DNA of 64,000 bases from Candidatus Daviesbacteria bacterium (GCA_016187025.1 JACPKM010000001.1:448055-512054), one strand, 5' to 3'; counted from the first letter of the stretch, positions 37,334 to 48,117 are shown. Program-made: numbers and translations. Notes: a model not told the origin generated them from the sequence alone.

Positions 37334-38978
37334 GTTAACCTTTAGTAAAACTACTGCCGCCTTTCTGGTTATCTTATTTTTAAGTTTCTTTTTGCGCTTT
37401 TATGGATTAACTCACAATCCTGTACAGCTAAACCACGATGAAATAAGCCAGCTATATGATACGGGTTCAATTATTGCTACAAGTAAAGATATTTACGGAA
37501 ATAAATTACCCTTAGCATTTCCTTCAACAGGAGATTATAAACCTGGTCACTACATTTATATTACAACCATCCCTTATTTAATCTTTGGTAATAAAGAATT
37601 TGTTATAAGGTTTGCTGCAGCTTTTTTTGGATCATTGCTACCTTTGGTGATTTTTATCCTACTTTATTCCACCACCAAAAAATTACTTTTATCCTTTTTA
37701 GCTGCCCTTTTTGTCACAATAAACCCCGCGGATATTTTTTATGCCCGGAAAAGCTTTGAAAATGTTATAGGAGTATTTCTACTATTTTCCGGCCTTACAT
37801 TACTTATAAATTTTATCGGAAAGAAGTTAAAGCTTTTTGTTGGTATTGGTGGCCTGCTGCTTATTTCATCTTCTATGTATGTATATACTTCTGAAACAAT
37901 TATTGCTCCAGTAATTTTGTTTTTATCAATATTGATTTACAAAAAGGAAATTTTTCAGGCCAAGAAAAGATGGTTGGTACTGCTGCTTTTATTTGTTTTA
38001 ACCCTTATTCCCCTGCTTTATTTAAACCAGATTGACAGCAACTTAAAATTTAGAGCTTCTTCAGTATTTATCACCCAAGATAGGCTTTTAGGAGAGAGGC
38101 TATCTGGTGTTCAAACTGGTAATTTTTTTCTCAGCGAAATTTCTAAAAAAATTATAACCTTTGAATTTATTGTTGATAGATACCTACAGCAGTTTAATCC
38201 ACTATTTATTTTTGGTAATGGATTAAATCTAACAAATCAGGGATTTATAGGAGTAGGTCCATTACTTGCTGTTGAGTTACCTTTTTTTATAGCAGGTTTA
38301 ATCTTTGTATTACGTAATGCAAAAAGTTACAGAGTTTATCTCCTAATATGTTTGTCTTTTATGATAGGATTTATTCCTACAGCTTTAACATTTGAAGAAA
38401 AAAGTCCTCATAGAGTAATTTTTTCATTTACTTCAGCGGCAATAATATCTTCCCTTGGAGTTTACTGGTTTATAGAATGTGTAAAAAGATTCAACAAGAT
38501 CACAAAAAGGGCTATTTATGCCACAATAATAGCCTTTTTTGTTGCAAACTTTGTCTATTTTATACAAATATATACAGTCAACTGGCCTTATGAAAAATCA
38601 CAACATCTTCATTATCCGTTCAAGCAAATAGCTTTATTTGCCTGGTATAATTATTCACAATTTGATCAGATCATCATTGATCCTGTTTACGGAGATGTAG
38701 CTCCTGTGCAAGCCGTAGCAGTACACTACTACCTTGCCTATTATGGAAATTATTCTCCCGATAGATTCCAAAAAGATTTAAAGCTGAATGAGTGGGGAAT
38801 GAGTGTAGATAAGTTTGCTATAAGAACAGTTTATTGGCCAAAAGATCAAAAATTGCAAAATACATTAATAATAGCAAGCCCCTGGAGTCTTCCTATAAAA
38901 GATTTACCAAAAGAAAAGATTTTAAAGACATTTAACTTTTACAATGGTAAGCCAGCTTATTATGCAATAAAGCTCTAG
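37326..38978 (+). CDS. GT39/GT83-family GT-C membrane glycosyltransferase (tandem array member 1)
   Basis: The motif is LRFYGLTHNPVQLNHDEISQLYDTGSIIATSKDIYGNKLPLAF (DE motif). The protein is 550 aa. Confidence 0.65.
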   Translation: MYKLTFSKTTAAFLVILFLSFFLRFYGLTHNPVQLNHDEISQLYDTGSIIATSKDIYGNKLPLAFPSTGDYKPGHYIYITTIPYLIFGNKEFVIRFAAAFFGSLLPLVIFILLYSTTKKLLLSFLAALFVTINPADIFYARKSFENVIGVFLLFSGLTLLINFIGKKLKLFVGIGGLLLISSSMYVYTSETIIAPVILFLSILIYKKEIFQAKKRWLVLLLLFVLTLIPLLYLNQIDSNLKFRASSVFITQDRLLGERLSGVQTGNFFLSEISKKIITFEFIVDRYLQQFNPLFIFGNGLNLTNQGFIGVGPLLAVELPFFIAGLIFVLRNAKSYRVYLLICLSFMIGFIPTALTFEEKSPHRVIFSFTSAAIISSLGVYWFIECVKRFNKITKRAIYATIIAFFVANFVYFIQIYTVNWPYEKSQHLHYPFKQIALFAWYNYSQFDQIIIDPVYGDVAPVQAVAVHYYLAYYGNYSPDRFQKDLKLNEWGMSVDKFAIRTVYWPKDQKLQNTLIIASPWSLPIKDLPKEKILKTFNFYNGKPAYYAIKL

Positions 38979-39026
38979 TATTATTTTGTTTTACTTCACT
39001 CAAGCTAACTGATAACATTAATTTAC

Positions 39027-40679
39027 ATGAATAAGTTAATTATTACCTTACTCTGTCTCATAGTCTTATTTTCCTTCGGACTTAGATTTTATAAAGTTTC
39101 AGAGGTTCCTCCTTCTTTAAACTGGGATGAAGCATCAATTGGCTACAATGCCTATTCTATTTTAAAAACGGGTAAAGATGAGTGGGGTAAACTATTACCC
39201 CTACACTTTAGATCTTATGGAGAGTATAAGCTCCCAGTACAAGTTTATGCTTCTATACCAGGCATAGCAATTTTTGGATTAAATGAATTTGGGGTAAGAA
39301 TCACTCCTGTAGTGTATGGAGCACTCACTGTTTTGATATTATTTTTCCTAGTACGTGAGCTATTTAAAAGCTACTGGATAGGACTTTTCTCTTCACTGTT
39401 ACTAGCAATATCTCCCTGGCATATTCAGCTGACAAGAGGCTCTTTTGAGTCTGCTTTTGCATGCTTTTGGGTAGTTTTGGGAATATGGTTTCTTGTTAAA
39501 GGGTTTAAAGACCCAAAATGGTGGATTGTTGCAATGATTCCACTTGCTTTATCTGTCTACACCTACAACACAGCGAGGGTGTTTACACCAGTATTTTTAC
39601 TTTTGGTTGCAGTCATCTACCATAAAGATATCCAAAAACAAATAAGGCATTTTCTGATATCACTTACTATATTTACTATCTTGATGATTCCACTACTTTT
39701 TTTTCTGTTAAGCGGAGAAGGGAATTCACGGTATAAGCTTGTGAGTGTGACAGATGATCCTGGGTTAGTACTCAGAATTAATGAACAAAGGGGGTTATCT
39801 AACTTACCTGGACCGCTTCCAAGACTTGTACACAACAAAGTATCTTATGTTGCAAAGGCTGTAATAGGTAATTATTTAGCACATTTTACCCCGGACTTTT
39901 TGTTTATATCAGGAGCTCCGCACAAACAGCACCATGTACAAAAAATAGGACAGCTATATTTGTATCAAGCTCCATTCTTACTTTTGGGGCTTTTATATCT
40001 GTTTAAGGCAAGACATAAGTTTAGATGGTTGTTGGTAACCTGGCCATTGTTAACATTTTTCCCAGTGGCCTTTACAAATGATAGCATCCCTAATGCCCTA
40101 AGAAGCTTAATCGCTGCTCCTTTTTATCAAATTATTACTGGAGTAGGGTTATATAATGCCTTTGTTTGGATTAGAAAAAGGTCATGTCCAGCTTTTTACA
40201 TCAGCGCTTTTGTTATGGCCACAGTAGCAATTACTACTTTTATACTTTATTTTCGAAACTACCTTTTTATCTATCCTCTAGAGTATTCCCGAGACTGGCA
40301 ATACGGTAACAAGCAGGCAGTTGAAACAATAAAGCAAAACTATGATAAGTATGATTTGATTGTATTCTCCAGACATTATGGAGAGCCACATATGTTTACG
40401 CTATTTTTTACTACATATGATCCGGCAAGATTCTTTAACGATCCTAGATTAACTAGGTTTGAGACTTATGACTGGGTAAGAGTCGTTAAATTTGACAAAT
40501 TTTACTTTCCTGATTTAGGAGATAAAGGTACTAAGTTTGACGATATCGTATCAAAAAACCCAGGCAAAAGAATACTCTTTATTGGCATACCCGGGGATTT
40601 TCCTAGCAGTATAACACCTATTAAAAAAGTAGATTTTTTGAATGGTAATCATGCATTTGAGATTATAGAGGTAATGTGA
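39027..40679 (+). CDS. GT39/GT83-family GT-C membrane glycosyltransferase (tandem array member 2)
   Basis: The motif is FYKVSEVPPSLNWDEASIGYNAYSILKTGKDEWGKLLPLHF. Confidence 0.65.
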   Translation: MNKLIITLLCLIVLFSFGLRFYKVSEVPPSLNWDEASIGYNAYSILKTGKDEWGKLLPLHFRSYGEYKLPVQVYASIPGIAIFGLNEFGVRITPVVYGALTVLILFFLVRELFKSYWIGLFSSLLLAISPWHIQLTRGSFESAFACFWVVLGIWFLVKGFKDPKWWIVAMIPLALSVYTYNTARVFTPVFLLLVAVIYHKDIQKQIRHFLISLTIFTILMIPLLFFLLSGEGNSRYKLVSVTDDPGLVLRINEQRGLSNLPGPLPRLVHNKVSYVAKAVIGNYLAHFTPDFLFISGAPHKQHHVQKIGQLYLYQAPFLLLGLLYLFKARHKFRWLLVTWPLLTFFPVAFTNDSIPNALRSLIAAPFYQIITGVGLYNAFVWIRKRSCPAFYISAFVMATVAITTFILYFRNYLFIYPLEYSRDWQYGNKQAVETIKQNYDKYDLIVFSRHYGEPHMFTLFFTTYDPARFFNDPRLTRFETYDWVRVVKFDKFYFPDLGDKGTKFDDIVSKNPGKRILFIGIPGDFPSSITPIKKVDFLNGNHAFEIIEVM

Positions 40680-42205
40680 ATACAAAAATAGTTTTAGTAC
40701 TAATTTTGTCTCTATTTTTAGTAACGCGGTTTTATAGAATAGCCGAGGTTCCAACATCTTTATACTGGGATGAAGCATCAATTGGCTACAATGCTTATTC
40801 TATTTTAACAACAGGCAAAGATGAATGGGGACAAGTATTACCAGTGCATTTTAGGGCATTCGGTGAATATAAACTACCTATCTATATATACACTGATGTA
40901 GCATTTGTAAAGCTATTTGGATTGAATGAATTGGCCGTTAGGTTACCTTCTGTTTTGTATACTTTTTTTTCAGTAATTTTAATCTATCTCTTAACTTTTC
41001 AGCTTACTGGTAGAAAACTAGCCAGTGTCTTGAGTGCATTTTTGTTTAGTATTTCTCCTTGGATGTTTATTTTTAGTAGGACAGGTTACGAGGCAGTAGC
41101 AGGATTGACGTTTTATTTACTAGGTATTTATTTATACCTCAGGAGTAAGAGTGCTACGTTTTTTATTTTATCTGGGTTAGCTTTTGCAATGAGTCTTTTT
41201 AGCTATAATAGTTTTCGAATTATTATTCCTTTAACAATTTTAGTTTTGTTGGTAAAGGATTTTAAAAAATCAAACATAAGAGATTTTATTAAAACTAGAT
41301 TATTGTTAGTGCCGGTACTTATAGCAGTCTACGTTCCCATATTAAGGTTTTACACCATAGGTGATGGTCTAGTAAGATTTCGATCTGTTGGTATATTTGA
41401 AGAAGGGATCAGTCTAGCAAGTTTTAAACTTTTTTTCCTAAATTATTTATCCCACTTTAATCCTGTCTTTTTGTTTTTGCAAGGAGACGGTAATTTGCGG
41501 AGTCAACAGTTCGGCTTTGGCCAATTATTTCCAGTGGACCTTCCATTTATCCTCGTGGGAATTTGGTATATATTAAAATCCAATATAAGAAACTATTTTT
41601 TAATTATTGCTTTGCTTGCTATTGCACCGATACCAGCAAGTCTTACTAAAGAATCCCCTCATGCTTTAAGGTCGATTGCAATGTCACCTTTTTTATCAAT
41701 TTTTTCTGCAATCGGAATCTATTACTTAGTAACAATAGTTAAAAAGTTTAGGAAAGTATTTTTAGCATTGGTAGTTTTAATAAACCTAGCTTTTTTTGGT
41801 ATTTATTTTTATTCTTTTTTACAAATTTATCCAACAAAGTCAGCAAATGATTGGCAGTATCCTTATAAAAAACTTTTTGTTGAAAAATCTGAAGAATTTA
41901 AAAAGTATAATGATGTTTATATATCAAATTATCTTGCGCAACCCTATATTTTTTATCTCTTTTATACAAAATATAACGCTGAAAAGTTTTTAAAAACATC
42001 AGAGAGAAATATTCCGCAAGAGTGGGGTTTTTCATCAGTAAGCAAAATAGATAATTTGCACTTTGTAAATTTAAAGATGGTTGAGACTTTCTCTGACAAA
42101 AGCTTGATAGTTGCTCCTATTAGTAGCAATGTGCAAGCAAAAAAGATCAATACCGCTGATACAAAGAATAATGAATACAATTTGAATTTATATATAAATG
42201 AATAA
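40676..42205 (+). CDS. GT39/GT83-family GT-C membrane glycosyltransferase (tandem array member 3)
   Basis: The motif is FYRIAEVPTSLYWDEASIGYNAYSILTTGKDEWGQVLPVHF. The coding nucleotides at about 40766-40808 are almost identical to 39123-39165. Confidence 0.65.
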   Translation: MNTKIVLVLILSLFLVTRFYRIAEVPTSLYWDEASIGYNAYSILTTGKDEWGQVLPVHFRAFGEYKLPIYIYTDVAFVKLFGLNELAVRLPSVLYTFFSVILIYLLTFQLTGRKLASVLSAFLFSISPWMFIFSRTGYEAVAGLTFYLLGIYLYLRSKSATFFILSGLAFAMSLFSYNSFRIIIPLTILVLLVKDFKKSNIRDFIKTRLLLVPVLIAVYVPILRFYTIGDGLVRFRSVGIFEEGISLASFKLFFLNYLSHFNPVFLFLQGDGNLRSQQFGFGQLFPVDLPFILVGIWYILKSNIRNYFLIIALLAIAPIPASLTKESPHALRSIAMSPFLSIFSAIGIYYLVTIVKKFRKVFLALVVLINLAFFGIYFYSFLQIYPTKSANDWQYPYKKLFVEKSEEFKKYNDVYISNYLAQPYIFYLFYTKYNAEKFLKTSERNIPQEWGFSSVSKIDNLHFVNLKMVETFSDKSLIVAPISSNVQAKKINTADTKNNEYNLNLYINE

Positions 42206-43790
42206 AAAGATAATCTTTATTTTAGGTTTAATTATTGTACTAGCTCTTTTTGTTAGGGTATATAAACTTGGTTCAGTTCCTCCATCACTGACTTGGGATG
42301 AAGCAGATGTGGGTTATAACGCTTGGACAATTGCAAATTACGGAAAAGATGAATGGGGGGAAGCTTTTCCCTTAATATTTAGATCTTTTGGTGATGATAA
42401 GCAGCCTGTTCATATTTATTCAACCGCTCTCAGTGTAAAACTGTTTGGATTATCAGAATTTAGCACCCGGTTGCCAATGGCAATCTACGGGGCTTTAAAT
42501 GTTTTGCTTGTATTTTTGCTGGTTTTGGTAATGTTTAAAAATAAGACTTTGGCTTTTCTTTCAAGCTTTTTACTGGCAATATCTCCATATAATATTCATT
42601 TTTCTCGTTTTAATCATGAGGCGAACGCAACCTTACTTTTCTTTTTACTAGGAATGTTGCTATTTTATCTGTCTTTTGAAAAGAGAAAAGGGTTTTTGGT
42701 ATTTTCTGCCTTAAGTTTTGGAATAAGTATTATTTCCTATCATTCAGCAAAACTAGTTGTACCCCCAATGATTTTAGCATTGGCCGTATTTTATTATAAA
42801 AAGCTTTTAAGTAATAAGATCTATTTTGTAACCGCTTCTTTGATATTTGCCTTTTTTATAATCCTGTTTTTACTGGAGCCAAGATTTATGGGATTATCAA
42901 GGGCAAGCCAGACATCATTAGGTTCAGAGGCTATAAAACAAACATCCATTTATAACAAAACCGGTAATATGTTTTTAGGAAAGTTGGAGATTATTAGTCA
43001 AAATTATCTCAAGAACTTATCTTGGGAATTTCTGTTTACCAAAGGAGATCCAAATCCTCGATTATCGTCTCAGGTTAGTGGACAATTTTATAAAATAGAT
43101 TCACTTTTTTTATTGCTGGGATTAATCTATATTTTTATCAAGAGAAGTAGATCCGGATTTATATTAGTTTTATGGGCAATTCTAGCACCTATTCCAGCTA
43201 GCATCACTTCAGAATCTCCTCACGCAGCCAGAGCACTATTTATGATGGGGAGTGTAAATATAATTTCAGCTTTAGGAATAAATTTTGCTATTTCGCAAAT
43301 TAAATTAAAGAAGATAAGATACAGTCTCCTTGTTTTTGTTTTACTGATATATTTTGCAAGTTTTGGACAATTTATTTATAACTATTTTAATAACTTTGCG
43401 AGAAACTATGCGATAGACTATCAGTATGGTATGAAGCAGGTTGTTGAATATGCTAAGGAAAATCCAAACTACTCACATGTATTTACGACAAAACTAAGGG
43501 GACAACCCTACATTTTCTATTTATATTATCTAAAGTATCCGTTACCTGATTATTTAAATAATGTGGTTTACAATAGAGGGGAAAGCAGCAGTTTTAACAT
43601 GGTTGATTATTTTGATAAGTATTATTTCGATAACTGGGACCCTATAGAAAGTAGACCTGATGCAAATGTATTGTATATATTAACTTCCAGTGAGTATGAT
43701 GGTTTAAGATATAAGAATCTATTTGATGTTAAGAGGGTAATCTATAATCCGAATGAGACGATAGCTTTTTATTTGGTAAGTGCAAACTAA
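42198..43790 (+). CDS. GT39/GT83-family GT-C membrane glycosyltransferase (tandem array member 4)
   Basis: The motif is VYKLGSVPPSLTWDEADVGYNAWTIANYGKDEWGEAFPLIF. Confidence 0.65.
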   Translation: MNKKIIFILGLIIVLALFVRVYKLGSVPPSLTWDEADVGYNAWTIANYGKDEWGEAFPLIFRSFGDDKQPVHIYSTALSVKLFGLSEFSTRLPMAIYGALNVLLVFLLVLVMFKNKTLAFLSSFLLAISPYNIHFSRFNHEANATLLFFLLGMLLFYLSFEKRKGFLVFSALSFGISIISYHSAKLVVPPMILALAVFYYKKLLSNKIYFVTASLIFAFFIILFLLEPRFMGLSRASQTSLGSEAIKQTSIYNKTGNMFLGKLEIISQNYLKNLSWEFLFTKGDPNPRLSSQVSGQFYKIDSLFLLLGLIYIFIKRSRSGFILVLWAILAPIPASITSESPHAARALFMMGSVNIISALGINFAISQIKLKKIRYSLLVFVLLIYFASFGQFIYNYFNNFARNYAIDYQYGMKQVVEYAKENPNYSHVFTTKLRGQPYIFYLYYLKYPLPDYLNNVVYNRGESSSFNMVDYFDKYYFDNWDPIESRPDANVLYILTSSEYDGLRYKNLFDVKRVIYNPNETIAFYLVSAN

Positions 43791-44562
43791 TTTTATGAAA
43801 ATATCGGTATGTTTGGCAGTTTTCAATGAGGAAAATAACCTTTATGAATGTCTAAAATCCGTTGAGAGTTTGGCGGATGAAATTGTAATAGTTGATGGTG
43901 GATCTAGCGATAAAACTGTAAATATTGCAAATGAGTTTAGGGCTAAAGTTATAAAAACAGACAATCCAGCAAATTTTCATATTAATAAAAATAAAGCAAT
44001 TGATGCTGCGATAGGAGATTGGGTTTTACAGCTTGATGCGGATGAAAGAGTTCCTGCTGAATTAAAAGAGGAAATTCAAAAGGGGATAGAAGATAATCAA
44101 TATAACGGATACTGGATACCCAGACAAAACTTTTTCTTAGGAAGATTTCTAAAAAAGGGAGGACAATACCCAGATTATACTTTAAGACTTTATAAAAAAG
44201 GTAAAGGAAGATTGCCGGCAAAGGATGTTCATGAGCAGGCTAAAGTTGAGGGAGAGATAGGATACTTACATTCTCCCCTTTTACATTATCGAGACCGGAA
44301 TTTTTCTCACTACATTGATGGACTTGATAGGTATACCAGCTTTATTGCAAGACAGCTATATGAACAGAAATTAACTATAAATACGATTTCTTTTATAGAC
44401 TACTTTTTTATTAAACCTTTTTTCTGGTTTATTAAAACCTACTTTAGACATAAAGGCTTTACGGACGGCTTCCCAGGGTTTATTTTTTCTCTGTTTTCTT
44501 CACTAAGGTATCCAATTGCATATATAAAGTTCTACCTCGCCCGCACTAAAGAGAAATTATGA
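43780..44562 (+). CDS. GT2 glycosyltransferase (WaaE/KdtX-like; paralog of 29286 and 31034)
   Basis: The motifs are ISVCLAVFNEENNLYECLKSVESLADEIVIVDGGSSDKT and LDADER. It ends in a TGA stop. Confidence 0.7.
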   Translation: MQTNFMKISVCLAVFNEENNLYECLKSVESLADEIVIVDGGSSDKTVNIANEFRAKVIKTDNPANFHINKNKAIDAAIGDWVLQLDADERVPAELKEEIQKGIEDNQYNGYWIPRQNFFLGRFLKKGGQYPDYTLRLYKKGKGRLPAKDVHEQAKVEGEIGYLHSPLLHYRDRNFSHYIDGLDRYTSFIARQLYEQKLTINTISFIDYFFIKPFFWFIKTYFRHKGFTDGFPGFIFSLFSSLRYPIAYIKFYLARTKEKL

Positions 44563-44622
44563 GATGCTTGCCCGTAGAACTTTGCCTTTTTCTAAAGAAA
44601 AATGTAAAACTGTGGAGGAAAA

Positions 44623-45696
44623 ATGATCAAAGTAGCAATTAATATAAAACCACTTGAATCAGGACACAAAACTAGGGGGATTGGTTACTATATAACTCAC
44701 TTATTAAATGAATTAGAGAAGAAAGATGATGTAAAAGTTATTCAGTTCAGAGAAGAAAAAGAATTAGCTGATATAGATGTTGTTCATTATCCCTGGTTTG
44801 ACTTTTTCTTCAGAAGTCTGCCTATTAAAAGTAAGTTTCCGAGAGTTATTACAGTACACGATGTTATTCCCTTGGTTTTTTATAAAAACTATCCTTCCGG
44901 TATAAAGGGAAAAATTAACTTAGTTGTGCAAAAAATTGCACTTAACAATAGCTCCCTTGTAATCACAGATTCTGAAGCCTCCAAAAAAGATATCAAAAAT
45001 TATTTAGGAATAAATGAAAATAAGATAGATGTAGTTTATCTTGCTCCTGACAAAACATTTAAAATTTTAAAACAAACAGAAACTTTAAGATTAAAAATGA
45101 AGTATCATCTGCCGGATGAATTTGTTTTATATGTGGGCGATGCAAACTATATAAAAAATTTACCATTTTTACTTAAAGGGTTTATAAAATTGAAAGCTAA
45201 AAATGAGCACAGAAACCTGAAACTAGTTTTAATAGGACAGGTATTTTTGAAAAAAGCAGAATATATTAATCATCCTGAGCTACAAAGTTTAAAAGAAGTG
45301 CTTACTCTTATAGAGGACCAAAGATTAGAGTCAGAAGTTATCAGGCCTGGCTTCATATCAGATGAGGAGCTGACTGCATTCTATAATCTTGCTACTGTTT
45401 ATGTACAACCTTCATTATATGAAGGCTTTGGTCTTCCCATCCTTCAGGCTTTTGCTTGTGGGACACCTGTTGTAAGCTCTGATGCGGGAAGTTTAACAGA
45501 GGTAGGTGGAAATGCAGCTGTTTATTTCTCACCAAATAATTTAGAACAGTTTGTAAAGATTTTAGAAGACGTCTTAATTAGCAGTTCGCTTCGGAAAAAG
45601 ATTTCTGATTTAGGAAAAAAACAATTAGAAAAGTTTTCTTGGAAAAAAATAGCTGACCAAACGATTAACTCATATGAGAAAGCTATTAAAAAGTAA
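44623..45696 (+). CDS. GT4 glycosyltransferase
   Basis: A GGAGG RBS lies 5 nt upstream of the ATG. The GT4 signature is EGFGLPILQAFACGTPVVSSDAGSLTEV. Confidence 0.75.
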   Translation: MIKVAINIKPLESGHKTRGIGYYITHLLNELEKKDDVKVIQFREEKELADIDVVHYPWFDFFFRSLPIKSKFPRVITVHDVIPLVFYKNYPSGIKGKINLVVQKIALNNSSLVITDSEASKKDIKNYLGINENKIDVVYLAPDKTFKILKQTETLRLKMKYHLPDEFVLYVGDANYIKNLPFLLKGFIKLKAKNEHRNLKLVLIGQVFLKKAEYINHPELQSLKEVLTLIEDQRLESEVIRPGFISDEELTAFYNLATVYVQPSLYEGFGLPILQAFACGTPVVSSDAGSLTEVGGNAAVYFSPNNLEQFVKILEDVLISSSLRKKISDLGKKQLEKFSWKKIADQTINSYEKAIKK

Positions 45697-46831
45697 CACT
45701 TTAAACATCCTTTTTCTCTTTTTGGTGTGGCGGATATTACTTATTATATTTTTCCTAATCGGAGTAAGTTTTATTCCGTTGGCCTACACCGATAGATTCT
45801 TAGGTGGTGGACCAATCTATCATTTTATATACCCGGAACTTTTTTCTTGGGCTAATTTTGATGGTGAGCATTACCTTTCTATTGCAATTTTTGGTTATAA
45901 AAGTTTGCAGCAGGCATTTTTCCCGATGTATCCGTTACTGATTTACGTAATCTCCAAGCCTTTCTATGCTGACTTGCTAACTTCCTTAACCTCCGCTACT
46001 ATTACGGGACTATTAATATCAAATCTGTCACTTGCCTTATCACTCTTACTACTTTTTAAACTTGTTAATATAGATTATTCAAAAAGGATTGCATATTGGG
46101 TAGTTATTTTGACACTTGTCTTTCCAACTTCATTTTATTTTGGATTAGTTTATAGCGAATCTCTATATCTGCTTTTATCCCTGGGTGCTTTTTATGCTGC
46201 TAGGAAAAACATGTGGTGGTTGGTAGCGGTACTTGGGGGTATCTGTTCTGCAACCAGAATATTTGGACTGCTAATTTTTCCTGCACTGGTAATAGAAGCA
46301 TGGCAGCAAAAAAGCATAAAGAAAAACTTTCTTTTTTTATGTCTTTTACCAGCAGGATTTTTAATATATATGTTTTATCAGTGGATAAGTGTTGGAGATC
46401 CACTGGCGTTTTATAATTTGCAAAAAATTGTGGGTGAACAACATCAATCAGGAATAACTTTACTTCCACAAATTTATTACCGGTATGTGAAAATCTTATT
46501 TTCACTTGATGTGAATAATATAATGTATCAAACTATTGTTTTAGAGCTGTTGACAGGACTGGCATTTTTTATCTTGCCTATATATGGATATGTAAAAGGC
46601 ATCAGGCTTTCCTATATTTTCTATGCGCTAACTGCGTTTATCTTACCCACTATTCAAGGGAGCTTATCATCTCTACCCCGATATGTAATTGTGCTTTTCC
46701 CCAGTTTTCTTGCATTAGCAATATTCTTAAATAAATTCCCTCTTTATATTAAGATCTCTATTTTGGTAATCTTATTTTTATTTCTTAGTTTAGAAACAGC
46801 CCTTTTTTTAAGGGGATATTGGGTAGCATGA
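45674..46831 (+). CDS. GT-C-like polytopic membrane protein (paralog of the minus-strand ORF 6084..7253)
   Basis: The protein is 385 aa with more than 10 TM helices. ANFDGEHYLSIA corresponds to RNYDGLEYVVIA in ORF 6084. Confidence 0.45.
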   Translation: MRKLLKSNTLNILFLFLVWRILLIIFFLIGVSFIPLAYTDRFLGGGPIYHFIYPELFSWANFDGEHYLSIAIFGYKSLQQAFFPMYPLLIYVISKPFYADLLTSLTSATITGLLISNLSLALSLLLLFKLVNIDYSKRIAYWVVILTLVFPTSFYFGLVYSESLYLLLSLGAFYAARKNMWWLVAVLGGICSATRIFGLLIFPALVIEAWQQKSIKKNFLFLCLLPAGFLIYMFYQWISVGDPLAFYNLQKIVGEQHQSGITLLPQIYYRYVKILFSLDVNNIMYQTIVLELLTGLAFFILPIYGYVKGIRLSYIFYALTAFILPTIQGSLSSLPRYVIVLFPSFLALAIFLNKFPLYIKISILVILFLFLSLETALFLRGYWVA

Positions 46832-48117
46832 TGAAACTATTAAATAGCATTTTTAAATATAGGTTATTTACTGGTAGTGTTTTAATGATTATCGGCAGCA
46901 ACCTAATAAATGGGCTTAACTATATATATCATTTTATTATGGGTAGGATGCTCGGTCCAGCAAGTTACGGTGAGTTGTCCGTATTATTTTCATTGATGGG
47001 TCTTTTAGGAATATTTACATTGTCTTTTGGACTGGTAATAGTAAAGTTTGTATCGGGTGCAAAGTCTGATGAAGAAGTTAAAAAACTAGCAAATTGGATT
47101 AATAAAAAGATAATACTGGTTTCGTTAATATTTGGAGTTTTTATAGTGCTAATATCTCCTTTTTTATCTGAATTTCTCAATATTGGCAATTTAGTACTTT
47201 TCGTTCTCATAGCATTTTATGCAGTCTTTAGTTATCCAGCTTTTTTCAACAGATCCATTCTTCAAGGGCTTTTAAAGTTTAAAGAGATGTTGTTTAGTAT
47301 ATTGGTCGATAATAGTATAAAACTTACTCTGGGAATCTTAATGGTGTATTTAGGATATTCAGTAGGAGGGGCACTATTTGCTTTAGTTGTTGCCAGTATG
47401 ATTGGTTGGTTATCATCAATATATTTTATAAAAGATTATTTAGACGTTAAAACTAGAGGTAATCCGCAACTTAAAGCCATGTTTGTTTACTCCATCCCTG
47501 TTTTTATACAATCTGTCGCAGTAACGTCCTTATACTCATCAGATTTAGTATTAGTTAAACATTTTTTTTCTTCCTATGAATCGGGTTTGTATGCAGCTTT
47601 ATCCACATTCGGAAAGATTATCTTTTTTGCTACAGCTCCCATCTCATCTGTGATGTTTCCTTTGATATCACGGAAGCATTCTAAGGGTGAAGGATATCAT
47701 AAAGTGTTTTTATATAGTTTATTGCTCACCTTAGGTTTATCGATATCGATTTTAGCAGCCTATTTCGTATTTCCCAGGTTAATAATTGAGATGTTATATG
47801 GGCCCAAATTTATTGATGCATCATATTTGTTATTTAAATTTGGGTTGTTTATGACAATTTTTACAACCGCTTCCTTAGTAATTAGCTATTATCTTTCTTT
47901 AGGCAAAAGTAGAATAGTTATTTTTCCACTTTTTGCAGCTGCCGTGCAATTGGTCGGGATTTGGTTATACCATGATAGCCTAGATACTGTTATTAACGTT
48001 TCGATATTAGTTGTTGCTTTACTCTTAATTTGCTTATTTATATACTATGGACATGCATCCAAAATTAATATCAGTTATAGTTCCCGCATACAAGCAGGAA
48101 AATACCATACTTCATGA
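46819..48117 (+). CDS. Wzx-type oligosaccharide flippase (MOP/PST family), second copy
   Basis: The protein is 432 aa with about 12 TM helices. The N-terminus is flippase-like (LFTGSVLMIIGSNLINGLNYIYHFIMGRMLGPASYGELSVLFSLMGLLG). Confidence 0.65.
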   Translation: MGSMMKLLNSIFKYRLFTGSVLMIIGSNLINGLNYIYHFIMGRMLGPASYGELSVLFSLMGLLGIFTLSFGLVIVKFVSGAKSDEEVKKLANWINKKIILVSLIFGVFIVLISPFLSEFLNIGNLVLFVLIAFYAVFSYPAFFNRSILQGLLKFKEMLFSILVDNSIKLTLGILMVYLGYSVGGALFALVVASMIGWLSSIYFIKDYLDVKTRGNPQLKAMFVYSIPVFIQSVAVTSLYSSDLVLVKHFFSSYESGLYAALSTFGKIIFFATAPISSVMFPLISRKHSKGEGYHKVFLYSLLLTLGLSISILAAYFVFPRLIIEMLYGPKFIDASYLLFKFGLFMTIFTTASLVISYYLSLGKSRIVIFPLFAAAVQLVGIWLYHDSLDTVINVSILVVALLLICLFIYYGHASKINISYSSRIQAGKYHTS

